Shown piece after piece: positions 1 to 8,837 of a stretch of DNA of 20,349 nt (its first letter is position 1; each line of letters begins with the position of its first letter). The notes beneath the pieces are model-generated. The model did not search any database. It saw nothing but the letters and a program-made list of their open reading frames with translations, and was not told where the DNA came from. Origin of the DNA: Candidatus Methanomethylophilaceae archaeon (GTDB lineage: Archaea; Thermoplasmatota; Thermoplasmata; Methanomassiliicoccales; Methanomethylophilaceae); the NCBI GenBank assembly GCA_050944155.1, contig JBMNQN010000016.1:1-20349 (forward strand), in the 5' to 3' direction. Position numbers and translations under genes: made by a program.

Positions 1-756
1 CAGGTAAGGGAATTCATCACCGAAGCGGGAAAATGCAGAGACGAAAGAGACCAATTCAACCATCTCGTCCGCGAATCCAAAGAACGCAGGGACGAATGGA
101 ACGCAAAGGTTGCCGAACTGAAAGGAAAGCTGAATGAGCTGAGACCCGAAAGAGGCGAAGACAGGGACAAGAGAGGACCGTCCGTTCAGGAACTGAAGAG
201 AAATCTTTCCAGAATGGAGTTCGAACAGCAGACCGGATCTCTCACCGCCGACAAGGAAAAAGCCCTCGTCAAGGCGATATCGGAAACCGCCAAAAAGCTG
301 AAAGAAATGGAAGCCGAGATGGAAGCCGACGCCGGACAGAACTCCGACTACAGGGAAGCACTCACACAGTTCAGAGAAGCCAAATCCAACGCGGAAGCCG
401 CACACTCGGAAATGTCTAAAAACGCGGAACTCGCACAGGCCGCCCATGAGAAGATGATTTCCTTCTACGACCAGGCGGACAGGCTGAGAAAGGAAGCGGA
501 CGGAGCCCAGGCGAAATTCATCGAGTTCAAGAAGAAATCCGACGAAGAACACGCGAATTTCATAAAGTCCATCAAATCCGCTCAGGAAACCAGCAGCGAA
601 GCCGGTGCAATCAGAGACAGGAAAGCCTCCGCACGCAGGAGGAAGGCCGACTCCGACACCAAGAAGGAAGCGAAGGAAATCTTCGAGCGCTTCAAGTCCG
701 GAGACAAGCTCAGCACCGAGGATCTGATGACCCTCCAGCGTTCTGGATATCTCTGA
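1..756 (+). CDS. Archaeal coiled-coil protein (COG1340-like), 5'-truncated by the window edge
   Basis: Frame 1 is open from base 1 (QVREFITEAGKCRDERDQFN...) to TGA 754-756. E/K/A-rich heptad composition, and the motifs EFEQQTGSLT and C-terminal EIFERFKSGDKLSTEDLMTLQ are typical of this family. Confidence 0.75.
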   Translation, partial: QVREFITEAGKCRDERDQFNHLVRESKERRDEWNAKVAELKGKLNELRPERGEDRDKRGPSVQELKRNLSRMEFEQQTGSLTADKEKALVKAISETAKKLKEMEAEMEADAGQNSDYREALTQFREAKSNAEAAHSEMSKNAELAQAAHEKMISFYDQADRLRKEADGAQAKFIEFKKKSDEEHANFIKSIKSAQETSSEAGAIRDRKASARRRKADSDTKKEAKEIFERFKSGDKLSTEDLMTLQRSGYL

Positions 757-765
757 TATCAAACT

Positions 766-787
766 GCCCGGAATCTGTTTTCCGGGC
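766..787 (+). terminator. Stem-loop just downstream of the coiled-coil gene (possible terminator or 3' stabiliser)
   Basis: GCCCGGAA (766-773) pairs with TTCCGGGC (780-787). A second inverted repeat TCCCCGAA-T-TTCGGGGA lies at 803-819, followed by a T-rich stretch. Confidence 0.5.
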
Positions 788-833
788 TGAAAAACATTAT
801 AATCCCCGAATTTCGGGGAATATTATTTTTTAG

Positions 834-849
834 CAAAGGTTTATATAAA
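834..849 (+). promoter_or_regulatory. BRE/TATA-like archaeal promoter
   Basis: CAAAGG followed by TTTATATAAA (840-849) in an AT-rich intergenic stretch. Confidence 0.55.
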
Positions 850-856
850 CTATTTA

Positions 857-949
857 CCAATGATGTTACTCGGGGACTAGGTCAGTTTTGTAGAGTGCAT
901 CCCATCCCTTCTGACTGGCTGGCCTTTTCCCGCACTTTTGTCTTTTTTT
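857..949 (+). ncRNA. Candidate small non-coding RNA (C/D-box guide-like, or hairpin sRNA)
   Basis: C-box-like ATGATGT (860-866), D box CTGA (911-914) and a terminal CCA/TGG stem. An alternative fold is a long hairpin 872-926 with core GTCAG/CTGAC. Preceded by a TATA box and followed by T-tracts (925-928, 936-939, 943-949). Confidence 0.4.
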
Positions 950-994
950 CGGGAAAGTTATTTTATCTGTTGTTCTCTTTGAGTGTCTGTTCTT

Positions 995-2344
995 ATGGTT
1001 CTGGAAGGTTTGGGCAAATCACTGAGAGGGCTTCTCGGCAAAATCGGAGGAGCGTCTTCCGTCGACGAAGAGCTTATCAAAGAGGTTACTAAAGATCTTC
1101 AGAGGGCGCTGCTTCAGGCGGACGTCAACGTTCAGCTGGTTCTTCAGCTTACCAACACTGTTCAGGAACGGGCTCTCAACGAAAAACCTCCCGCGGGAAA
1201 GAGTCCCAAGGAACACATAATCAGCATAATCTACGAAGAACTGGTGGATCTTCTCGACAACGGAGAAGGCATCCAGAACAAACCCCAGAAAATAATGATG
1301 GTCGGTCTCTACGGTCAGGGTAAGACCACCACCTGCGGAAAACTTGCCAATTATTTCATCAAAAAAGGATTTTCCGTGGGACTGATAGGGGCGGACGTTT
1401 ACAGGCCCGCCGCGCTGGACCAGCTGAAACAGCTGGGAGAGAAAGTCGGCGCCGACGTTTACGGAGAGCCCGGCGAGAAGGACGCAGCCAAAATCGTGAA
1501 AAACGGGATGGCCGCGTTCGGCGATAAAAAAATCGTCATAATCGATACATCCGGACGCCACGCCCTCGAAGACGACCTCATACAGGAAATCAAAGACATA
1601 GCGAAGGTTGCGAAACCCGACGAAAGGATACTCGTCCTGGATTCCCAGGTTGGACAGCAGGCGGGACCCCAGGCCGAAGCTTTCCACGAAGCCGTCGGCG
1701 TAACCGGAGTCATACTCACGAAAATGGACGGAACGGCAAAGGGAGGAGGCGCTCTTTCCGCCGTATCCAAAACCGACGCAAGGATAGTTTTCCTGGGAAC
1801 CGGCGAGCACATACGGGATCTGGAACCCTTCGCAGCGGACCGTTTCATATCCAGGCTTCTGGGAATGGGAGACCTTTCCTATCTGATGGAAATCGCCAAA
1901 GACGAGATTGCCGGCGACGAAGCGGTGGAACGTGCCAGCAGGAACATAATGTCCGGAAAGTTTACGCTGGTGGACATGTACCAGCAGATGGCCGCCGTAA
2001 CGAAAATGGGACCATTGCAGAAGGTCATGTCCATGCTTCCCGGAATGAGCAGTCTGGAAGACAAGATAAATTACGAAGAATCCCAGAAACGGCTGGCCAA
2101 ATTCAAAGTCATCATAGATTCCATGACCGTCGAAGAAAGAGAGCAGCCGGGGATAATCAAAGGAAAAAGAATAGTCAGAATCGCCCGGGGTTCGGGAACC
2201 GACCCTTCCGAAGTGAAGATGCTCCTGAAACAGTATAACCAGAGCAAAAAGATGATGGGTACAATAAGCAAAGACCGCAAAATGCGCAAGAAACTGATGA
2301 AACAGTTCGGCGGCATGGACCTGGATACGGAGCTGCAGTCTTGA
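995..2344 (+). CDS. srp54: Signal recognition particle protein Srp54
   Basis: ALLQADVN N domain, GLYGQGKTTT P-loop, DVYRPAA, DTSGR, TKMDGTAKGGGALS, Met-rich M domain with RIARGSG. ATG at 995 (MVLEGLG) preferred over GTG 983. Confidence 0.97.
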   Translation: MVLEGLGKSLRGLLGKIGGASSVDEELIKEVTKDLQRALLQADVNVQLVLQLTNTVQERALNEKPPAGKSPKEHIISIIYEELVDLLDNGEGIQNKPQKIMMVGLYGQGKTTTCGKLANYFIKKGFSVGLIGADVYRPAALDQLKQLGEKVGADVYGEPGEKDAAKIVKNGMAAFGDKKIVIIDTSGRHALEDDLIQEIKDIAKVAKPDERILVLDSQVGQQAGPQAEAFHEAVGVTGVILTKMDGTAKGGGALSAVSKTDARIVFLGTGEHIRDLEPFAADRFISRLLGMGDLSYLMEIAKDEIAGDEAVERASRNIMSGKFTLVDMYQQMAAVTKMGPLQKVMSMLPGMSSLEDKINYEESQKRLAKFKVIIDSMTVEEREQPGIIKGKRIVRIARGSGTDPSEVKMLLKQYNQSKKMMGTISKDRKMRKKLMKQFGGMDLDTELQS

Positions 2345-2931
2345 TCCGATTCGTAATAACGGGACACCGCGCTTCGGCGACTCCCGATTTCAAACTCGAC
2401 GACATATGCGGCGGAGCCGGACGCCTGGACGTTCTGGTGAGATGCGTGAGTTCCGCGTTCTTTCTAAGCCACGACATAAGGAAAGACGCGGAAGTCTATC
2501 TGATACTGCAGGGAGGAGACGACGCGCCCAAAACCGTGCGCTTTTCCGGTTCCGACATACGTTATCTGAATCCCGACGAAAGGAGCACGGCGTCTCTCGT
2601 AAGAAACGCTCTTCTGAAAAAAATTCCGGAAGGGGAAGAGATACGCTCGTCTCCCGGAGTGTACATATCCAGAATGTCATTTTCCGACGTACTGGAACAT
2701 CTGAAAGACAAAGGCGAATTCGTCTATCTCAGAGAAGACGGCAAAGACATAAGGGAAACCGTACTTCCAGAGAACCCCGTATTCGTTCTCGGCGACGACA
2801 AAGATCTTACCGAAGAAGAGGAAACCGTTCTTCAGAGTTATTCTCCGTCCTGCGTCCGTCTGGGACCCCGCAGTCTTCACGCGAACCATTGCATAACGCT
2901 GGTTCTGAACGAGATAGACCGTGCCGGGTGA
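2341..2931 (+). CDS. trmY: tRNA (pseudouridine(54)-N1)-methyltransferase TrmY (SPOUT)
   Basis: GAGRLDVLVRC, FFLSHDIRKD, LNPDERSTA, FVLGD and LGPRSLHANHCI motifs. The TTG start overlaps the srp54 stop (TTGA). Confidence 0.92.
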   Translation: MIRFVITGHRASATPDFKLDDICGGAGRLDVLVRCVSSAFFLSHDIRKDAEVYLILQGGDDAPKTVRFSGSDIRYLNPDERSTASLVRNALLKKIPEGEEIRSSPGVYISRMSFSDVLEHLKDKGEFVYLREDGKDIRETVLPENPVFVLGDDKDLTEEEETVLQSYSPSCVRLGPRSLHANHCITLVLNEIDRAG

Positions 2932-2962
2932 AAGTTTATTATTGCTACGTATATGACAAGGC

Positions 2963-3160
2963 ATGGCCGAGCCCGAAAGAATACCCCAGCACAGACACTG
3001 CGTCAAATGCGGAAAGGCGTTTACCGGTGTCGGCAATTTCTGCGGAGACGAATGCAGGGACAGTACCGGAAGGGAAACGAAAAAGAAACTGTACGTCTAC
3101 GTCGTAATCATGGTGGTTCTTATCGCAGCGACGGTGGGTATTACCATATGGGGAATGTGA
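2963..3160 (+). CDS. DUF2116-family Zn-ribbon membrane-anchored protein
   Basis: HRHCVKCGKA...FCGDEC zinc-ribbon motif followed by a basic patch and one C-terminal TM helix. Confidence 0.85.
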   Translation: MAEPERIPQHRHCVKCGKAFTGVGNFCGDECRDSTGRETKKKLYVYVVIMVVLIAATVGITIWGM

Positions 3161-3161
3161 T

Positions 3162-4118
3162 ATGAAATCCGCCGTAGCGGGCACCTTCGATGTTCTGCAC
3201 GACGGACATCTGGCACTTCTGAAAAGAGCCTTCGAAACAGGGGATTCCGTCGCAGTCGGAATCACGTCGGATGCCATGGCTTCCGCCGGCCGAAAGACCG
3301 TCGTTCCCCTGGAAGTGAGGAAGGCCGCACTGGAATCGTTTCTGTCCGGACAGAAAAAACCCTGGGAGATTTTCATCATAGACGACATATACGGCCCGAG
3401 AGAAACGATGGACGGAGTGGACGTTCTGGTTCTTACCGAAGAGACTCTCTCCAACGGAAAAAAACTGAACGAGGACCGCAGAAAAAGAGGACTTCCGGAA
3501 CTGGAATTTTCCGTAGTGCCCCTGGTCATGGCCGACGACGGTCTCAAGATCAGCTCTTCTTTCATCCTGGACGGAAAATACGGCAGGGACGGCAGGAGCG
3601 ACGCATTGGACGTTGCCGTGGGTTCCGTGAATCCCGTGAAGGTGGAAGCTGTAAGAAACGTCATGGAGAGGATATACGGAAGCGTAAGGGTTACGGCCGT
3701 GGAAGTCCGCACGGGAATTCCGGAACAGCCTTTCGAATCCGAAACCCGCAGGGGAGCGATAAAACGCGCTGAACTGGCACTAGGATCCCACAGACTTTCG
3801 GTGGGAATCGAAGCCGGAGTTTTCGAAAGGGAAGAAGGCCTTTTCGACATACAGTACTGCGCCGTTCTCGACTCGGACGGAACTCTTACCGTGGGAACGG
3901 GTCCGGGTTTTCTTTATCCTGAAAGCATTGCGGAACTGGTGAGAAACGGATACACCGTAAGTCAGGCCGTATCCGAACTTTACGGCGAATCGGACATCGG
4001 AAGAAAGAAAGGTGCCGTGGGAATGCTCAGCAACGGACTTCTGGACAGGCGTACCCTCACGGAGCAGGCGGTAACCGTCGCGATGATACCGCGGATCTCT
4101 TCCGAGCTGGGATACTGA
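3162..4118 (+). CDS. coaD: Bifunctional phosphopantetheine adenylyltransferase / inosine-xanthosine triphosphatase (YjjX/DUF84)
   Basis: N-terminal GTFDVLHDGH (HxGH) and KISSS. C-terminal VGSVNPVKVEAV, EQPF, VGIEAG and GAVGMLSNG of the YjjX family. Confidence 0.9.
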   Translation: MKSAVAGTFDVLHDGHLALLKRAFETGDSVAVGITSDAMASAGRKTVVPLEVRKAALESFLSGQKKPWEIFIIDDIYGPRETMDGVDVLVLTEETLSNGKKLNEDRRKRGLPELEFSVVPLVMADDGLKISSSFILDGKYGRDGRSDALDVAVGSVNPVKVEAVRNVMERIYGSVRVTAVEVRTGIPEQPFESETRRGAIKRAELALGSHRLSVGIEAGVFEREEGLFDIQYCAVLDSDGTLTVGTGPGFLYPESIAELVRNGYTVSQAVSELYGESDIGRKKGAVGMLSNGLLDRRTLTEQAVTVAMIPRISSELGY

Positions 4119-4145
4119 ATTATCTATCCTCGCTTATACGGGATT

Positions 4146-4712
4146 ATGAAATTCCTGCTGATTGTTTCCGACAATCCCTCCGGCGGACTTTCCGCCATAA
4201 AATCAATCTCCGGAGAAGGAGACGTTCTGGTTTCCGCTGCGCTGGGAACCGAAAAACTCAACGGTTCTCTGAAAAAGTGTCTGGATTCTGGGGCGTCGGA
4301 AGCGTACCGCATCATGGACGGGGATTTTCTCGGTTCCGATACGTGGGCGGTTTCCAGAATATACGCCGCGTTCGTCGAGGAATTCGCATCCGACGCGGAT
4401 CTGATAATTTTCGACGGGTATTCGTCTGCCGTTCCGTCGCTGGCACATCTGATTCAGGCCCAGCAGTTCTGTTACGTAACGGAAATAAAACGCAAAGACG
4501 GAAGGATTTCCGCGGTTCAGGATTACGGAGACGAAAAGAGAGAGTGCGCAGTACCGAAAAAATCCGTACTGGCACTTGTTAAAAACGATACCGAACCCAA
4601 CGTTTCCGCGGAGGACGGAAGGATAAAAGTTCTTTCCAGATGCGACATAGGTCTCGCCGAGTATTCGGTGGGTGCGAAAGGTTCCAAAATAACCGTTTCG
4701 GAGGAGATCTGA
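4146..4712 (+). CDS. Divergent electron transfer flavoprotein beta-like protein
   Basis: GASEAYRIMDGDFLGSDTWAVSRI and ADLIIF resemble the EtfB/FixA core. Only 188 aa, and the usual nucleotide-binding segment after DLI is not recognisable. Confidence 0.7.
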   Translation: MKFLLIVSDNPSGGLSAIKSISGEGDVLVSAALGTEKLNGSLKKCLDSGASEAYRIMDGDFLGSDTWAVSRIYAAFVEEFASDADLIIFDGYSSAVPSLAHLIQAQQFCYVTEIKRKDGRISAVQDYGDEKRECAVPKKSVLALVKNDTEPNVSAEDGRIKVLSRCDIGLAEYSVGAKGSKITVSEEI

Positions 4713-5407
4713 TGAGCGGGTGCGAAAGCTGCGCGGCCAGCGGTTCCTGTTCCGGTTCCAGCTGCAGCGGCGGTTCGTGCGGAGGGGAAAAGAAACTTCC
4801 CCCCGGAATGCTCGAGAGGTACGACACGAACGTATCCACGGCCGACGGAATTCTTGTTTTCATAGAAACCGTACGTTCCGGCGACGGCATTTCCGTACAC
4901 CCGGCGTCTGCCCAGCTCATAGGCAAAGCGTCGAAACTGGAAAGCGGAAGGATATACGGCGTGATTTTCGGAGACAACGAACTCAAACCCCTGTATTCCG
5001 AAATATATTCAATGGGCGTAAATTCCCTCTACCATGTGAAAGACGGACGTCTGGCACGGTTCCATCCCGAAGCTTACAGCGAAGCCGTTACGTCCGTATG
5101 CGAACGGGTGATTCCCGCTTCCGTACTGATAGGTTCAACAAAAAGAGGTTCCGAAATCGCTCCCAGAATAGCGGCTTCCATGGGCGCGGGGTTCGTTGCG
5201 AACTGCGACGATCTGGCACTCGACGGAAGGAGAATCGTCGGAATCAAAAATACCGACGGAAAAACAACACGCAGCGAAAGCAACGTTTTTCCGCTGGTTG
5301 CAACAGTCAAAGAAAATACGTTCCCCGATCCGAAACCTTCGGAAGGGGGAAAGGGAACCGTATTTTATTGGAAATACGGCGGGGACAACTTCAAAGAGTT
5401 TCTGTGA
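4712..5407 (+). CDS. Electron transfer flavoprotein alpha-like protein (N-terminal domain only) with Cys-rich N-terminus
   Basis: ATG at 4712 overlaps the upstream TGA (TGATG), with RBS GGAGG. GILVFIE, VLIGSTKRGSEIAPRIAASMGAGFVANC and VATVKENTF match EtfA/FixB domain I. No C-terminal FAD-binding domain. Confidence 0.75.
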   Translation: MSGCESCAASGSCSGSSCSGGSCGGEKKLPPGMLERYDTNVSTADGILVFIETVRSGDGISVHPASAQLIGKASKLESGRIYGVIFGDNELKPLYSEIYSMGVNSLYHVKDGRLARFHPEAYSEAVTSVCERVIPASVLIGSTKRGSEIAPRIAASMGAGFVANCDDLALDGRRIVGIKNTDGKTTRSESNVFPLVATVKENTFPDPKPSEGGKGTVFYWKYGGDNFKEFL

Positions 5408-5878
5408 TCACTCGTTGGCTGCCAGCGAAACCGCCCGGTCCAGGACTTCCTGGGCGTGGCCGTTCACTTTGACTTTCCTCCAGACGGCTTCCACGTTTCC
5501 GTCTTTTCCCACGATGAAAGTGGAACGGATCACTCCCTCGACTTCTTTGCCGTACATCATCTTCTTTCCCCAGGCGCCCACGGCCTTCGTAAGAGAAGCG
5601 TCCCTGTCGCTGAGAAGTTTGACTTTGAGTCCGTGTTTGTCGATGAATTTGCGGTGGGTTTCCGGCGAATCCCTGCTCACTCCGATGACCGGCACGTTTC
5701 TGAGCATGAAGTTGGTTATAAGATTGCTGAAATCCACGGCTTCGCGGGTGCATCCCGACGTGTTGTCCTTCGGGTAGAAGTATATGACATATCTGATTCC
5801 GTCCATGTTTTTGCCCGAGAGGATTTCTCCGTTTTCGTCGGGCAGCGCATAATCGGGAAATTTGTCTTTTACGTCCAT
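5408..5878 (-). CDS. bcp: Peroxiredoxin, BCP/PrxQ family
   Basis: YFYPKDNTSGCTREA active-site motif, VIGVSRD, RSTFIV. Confidence 0.93.
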   Translation of the reverse strand: MDVKDKFPDYALPDENGEILSGKNMDGIRYVIYFYPKDNTSGCTREAVDFSNLITNFMLRNVPVIGVSRDSPETHRKFIDKHGLKVKLLSDRDASLTKAVGAWGKKMMYGKEVEGVIRSTFIVGKDGNVEAVWRKVKVNGHAQEVLDRAVSLAANE

Positions 5879-5886
5879 ATCAACCG

Positions 5887-7542
5887 TCAGAACAATCCCG
5901 TTCTGCCGTTAATAAATTGCTCCAGGTCGAGTTCCGCCATGAGGACCGGATGGTTGATTCCGAAATCCGTGACAACTTTGGGAGACACCTCTCCGAACAC
6001 TCCGGCTCTCTTTCCGTTTACGGTGACGAAAGCTCCTCTTCCGGGAACGAACGTTTCGTAATTGCACACTTCGGGAGTGTATTCGCATCCGATTTCCCTC
6101 AGCACGCTTTCCGTCATCGACTTTGCTTCGGTGAACGAAGTCTTGGAAGCGGTCATGAGGGCGCACAGATGCAGGGAATTCTTTCCGTCCCTTACGGCGT
6201 ATCCCACTTCGAATATCTTCTGCGGAAGATTCCTGCGGCGGTTGTGCCTGAGTATGCGCATCAGACTGGGGAAAAGATTCGCCCTGAGGCAGGTGTGATC
6301 TTCGGTGATGGGATTCTTTATCCTGACCGTATCGACTTCCGGCATTCCAGAATAGAGAAACTCGTCCTTTTCGTTGCTGAGCGTAAGAGTGGTGACTTCG
6401 GTGTATCCGAGACCTATCATCACGTCTCTTATTTTATCCGAGAATAAGGCTTCCGGAAGATGTTTCGCAACCGTCTGGGACAGTTTGTACGGTTTGCCGA
6501 ATTTCTCGAAACCGTAACCGGCGGCAGCGTCTTCGTAAATGTCCACGTCGTGCATAATGTCCAGTCTCGTGGACGGGATTCTGACTTCGACGGAATCTCC
6601 GGACGGGAAGGCATCCATACCCATGGAACGGAGGGCTTCGGCTATTCCTTCCGCCCCCATTTCCGTTCCCAGGAATTTATCGCATTTTTCCGCCGATATA
6701 GTGCGTACCGACGGAGCAAGATTCGGAGAGAGGAATTTTTCTTTTCCCCTGTGCATAGTTACGGAACCTATTTTTCCCCCTCTTTCGGCCAGAGCGGTGG
6801 TTACGATGTCCAGGGCGCCTTTGACCGCTTTTTCGTCGTTTCCCGTAACGTCTATGAAAACGTTGACGGTTTTTTCGGTAACCGCGGTAAGGGCTCCGTT
6901 AATAATAGGCGGGAAAGAAAGAACGTTGTTTTCCGAATCTCTGATAATGGGGTATTTTTCGAACCCTTCGAGGAGATGTGCGTATTCCCGTCCCTTTTCG
7001 TGACTTTTCAGTATTCCGTCTAGATTTTCTTTTTCGTTTCCGTTCAGGGGAACGAAGGAAACTTCCGAAGGTTTCACCGCGGAGTATGTGAACGGCGGAG
7101 TAATCTTATCCAAATCGTGGATTCCTATGGCGACTTTCTTTCTTTTGCGCCCTACGGTGATATGGAGCTTCTCCTGCATCTCCATCATGGATTTGAGAAA
7201 AGTATCGTTTATTTTCAGCCCGTAAACCGCGGCGCACAGAAAGAACGGACGGACGTCCTTTACGCTTCCGTCGATGTAAACGTCTATGTCCGTTTCGGAA
7301 ACATCGTATTCCTGCATACCCGGTCTGATTCCCAAAAACGCCCTGAGAGAACGTGCCAGACCCTCGACGCAGTACAGATCCGGCCGGTTGGGAAAGAACT
7401 CCGCGGCCATCTCGTCCGAACCGGCTTCGGTATCGTGCATGTCGGCACCCATAAGGGGAATCTTTTCCACGAGTTCTTCCTGCGGAACCTTTTCGCCCAG
7501 CAGCGAACACAGGTCGCCGTAGCCGAAATTGATCAAAGGCAT
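5887..7542 (-). CDS. pheT: Phenylalanine--tRNA ligase beta subunit (archaeal type)
   Basis: PNRPDLYCVEGLAR, QEKLH...GRKRKKVAIGIHD, SFPPIING, RLDIMHDVDIYED, NPITED, FGEVSP. 551 aa. Confidence 0.96.
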   Translation of the reverse strand: MPLINFGYGDLCSLLGEKVPQEELVEKIPLMGADMHDTEAGSDEMAAEFFPNRPDLYCVEGLARSLRAFLGIRPGMQEYDVSETDIDVYIDGSVKDVRPFFLCAAVYGLKINDTFLKSMMEMQEKLHITVGRKRKKVAIGIHDLDKITPPFTYSAVKPSEVSFVPLNGNEKENLDGILKSHEKGREYAHLLEGFEKYPIIRDSENNVLSFPPIINGALTAVTEKTVNVFIDVTGNDEKAVKGALDIVTTALAERGGKIGSVTMHRGKEKFLSPNLAPSVRTISAEKCDKFLGTEMGAEGIAEALRSMGMDAFPSGDSVEVRIPSTRLDIMHDVDIYEDAAAGYGFEKFGKPYKLSQTVAKHLPEALFSDKIRDVMIGLGYTEVTTLTLSNEKDEFLYSGMPEVDTVRIKNPITEDHTCLRANLFPSLMRILRHNRRRNLPQKIFEVGYAVRDGKNSLHLCALMTASKTSFTEAKSMTESVLREIGCEYTPEVCNYETFVPGRGAFVTVNGKRAGVFGEVSPKVVTDFGINHPVLMAELDLEQFINGRTGLF

Positions 7543-7577
7543 GCCCGGAACATCCCCGATTCGATATAAAGGACTTT

Positions 7578-8732
7578 TCAGCGTCCCAGAGCGCTGTGCG
7601 CTTTTCCCAGATGTCCGGCTGCCTGAGCCGCAAGATTGGAAAGTTCGCCCGCAAGTACGGTGGCGGCGACTATTTCAGAAAGCTTTCCCGCTTTGCCGTT
7701 ACCGACGCATCCTATGAGTCCCAGAGCTTCTCTTTGACAGGGTAGGGAAGTTCCTCCTCCCACAGTACCCACTTCCACGACGGGCATGCGTACGGAAATG
7801 TAGAGATCTCCGTCGACGTTCTCGCATGAAACGAATGACATGCTGGCACCTACAACCTGCGCCGGATCCTGGCCCGTCGCTATGTAGAGGGCGGCGGCCA
7901 TATTCGCGGCGTGGGCGTTTGCTCCCAGCGTAACCGCCAGGGAACTGCCGACCAGGTTTTTCCTGTAGTTTACTTCGACTATCGAATCAACGGAAGTGTG
8001 CAGTTTCTTTTCGACGATTTCTCCTTTGACCAGAGCTTCGGCGACTACGGTTTTTCCTCTTCCGCGAACTATGTTTATCGCAGCCGGTTTTTTGTCGCTG
8101 CACATATTTCCGGAAACCGAAACCATCTGTGCCCCGGTGTTTTGTTCGATGAGCCTGCAGGCGGACTCGGTGGCTATCGTGGCCATGTTCATTCCCATGG
8201 CGTCTCCGGTGGAATATACGAAACGGAGGAACAGATTCCTTCCGTCGGGATATTTTTCGATTTCCGAAAGTTTTCCGTGTGACGTGGTTTTCGATATTTC
8301 TTCGTGAATCAGGTCCATGTTGGCGTCGACCCATTCCATGACTTCCGCGGAATGTGCCAGATCTCTGACTTTGAATACCGGCGCACGGGTCATTTTGTCT
8401 TTGAAAACCTTTGTGCGTACGCCTCCGGACGCATCCGTTACGGACATCCCGCGGGATATGGAAGCAACGAGCGCTCCCTCAGTCGTGGCCAAAGGAACCA
8501 AAAATCTTCCGTCCGCGAAATCTCCCTTTATCGTTACCGGTCCGGCATATCCCAACGGTATCTGGGTGGCGCCGATCATATTTTCGATGTTTTTGGATGC
8601 GGATTCGGAATCTAAGCAGAATTTGGATATGCTTTCCAGGGAAACGCCGCTGAACTCTTCGGCGGCTGCGCGGCGTTCGTCCACGTCGCTGTGGGAATAA
8701 CCTCTGTTCTTCAGTCCTTTCGGGTCTGCCAT
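7578..8732 (-). CDS. hmgA: Hydroxymethylglutaryl-CoA reductase (NADPH, class I)
   Basis: ENMIG, PLATTEGALVAS, TGDAMGMNM, SGNMCSDKK, GQDPAQ, GTVGGGT and the C-terminal catalytic His region (GHLGKAH). Confidence 0.96.
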   Translation of the reverse strand: MADPKGLKNRGYSHSDVDERRAAAEEFSGVSLESISKFCLDSESASKNIENMIGATQIPLGYAGPVTIKGDFADGRFLVPLATTEGALVASISRGMSVTDASGGVRTKVFKDKMTRAPVFKVRDLAHSAEVMEWVDANMDLIHEEISKTTSHGKLSEIEKYPDGRNLFLRFVYSTGDAMGMNMATIATESACRLIEQNTGAQMVSVSGNMCSDKKPAAINIVRGRGKTVVAEALVKGEIVEKKLHTSVDSIVEVNYRKNLVGSSLAVTLGANAHAANMAAALYIATGQDPAQVVGASMSFVSCENVDGDLYISVRMPVVEVGTVGGGTSLPCQREALGLIGCVGNGKAGKLSEIVAATVLAGELSNLAAQAAGHLGKAHSALGR

Positions 8733-8837
8733 GCGTTAGACAATCAATTGAGAATAGTTAATATTATGCAACACGGTATCCGCCTGCAGTCGGCTTGATT
8801 ACGGGGTTCTTTCGTAAAGCCTGCTGTTCGGAGACGG

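Noticed and set aside
766-787. GCCCGGAA near srp54 resembling SRP RNA helix 8
   Set aside because: The flanking CAGG and GGGAGCA elements are missing and there is no room for a 7S RNA. It is better explained as a simple hairpin.
3162-4118. PPAT-ITPase fusion as a novelty
   Set aside because: This fusion is already known in Thermoplasmata.
4640-4711. Upstream extension of the ETF alpha-like ORF given in the track
   Set aside because: It overlaps the beta-like gene. ATG 4712, with a GGAGG RBS and TGATG coupling, is the better start.
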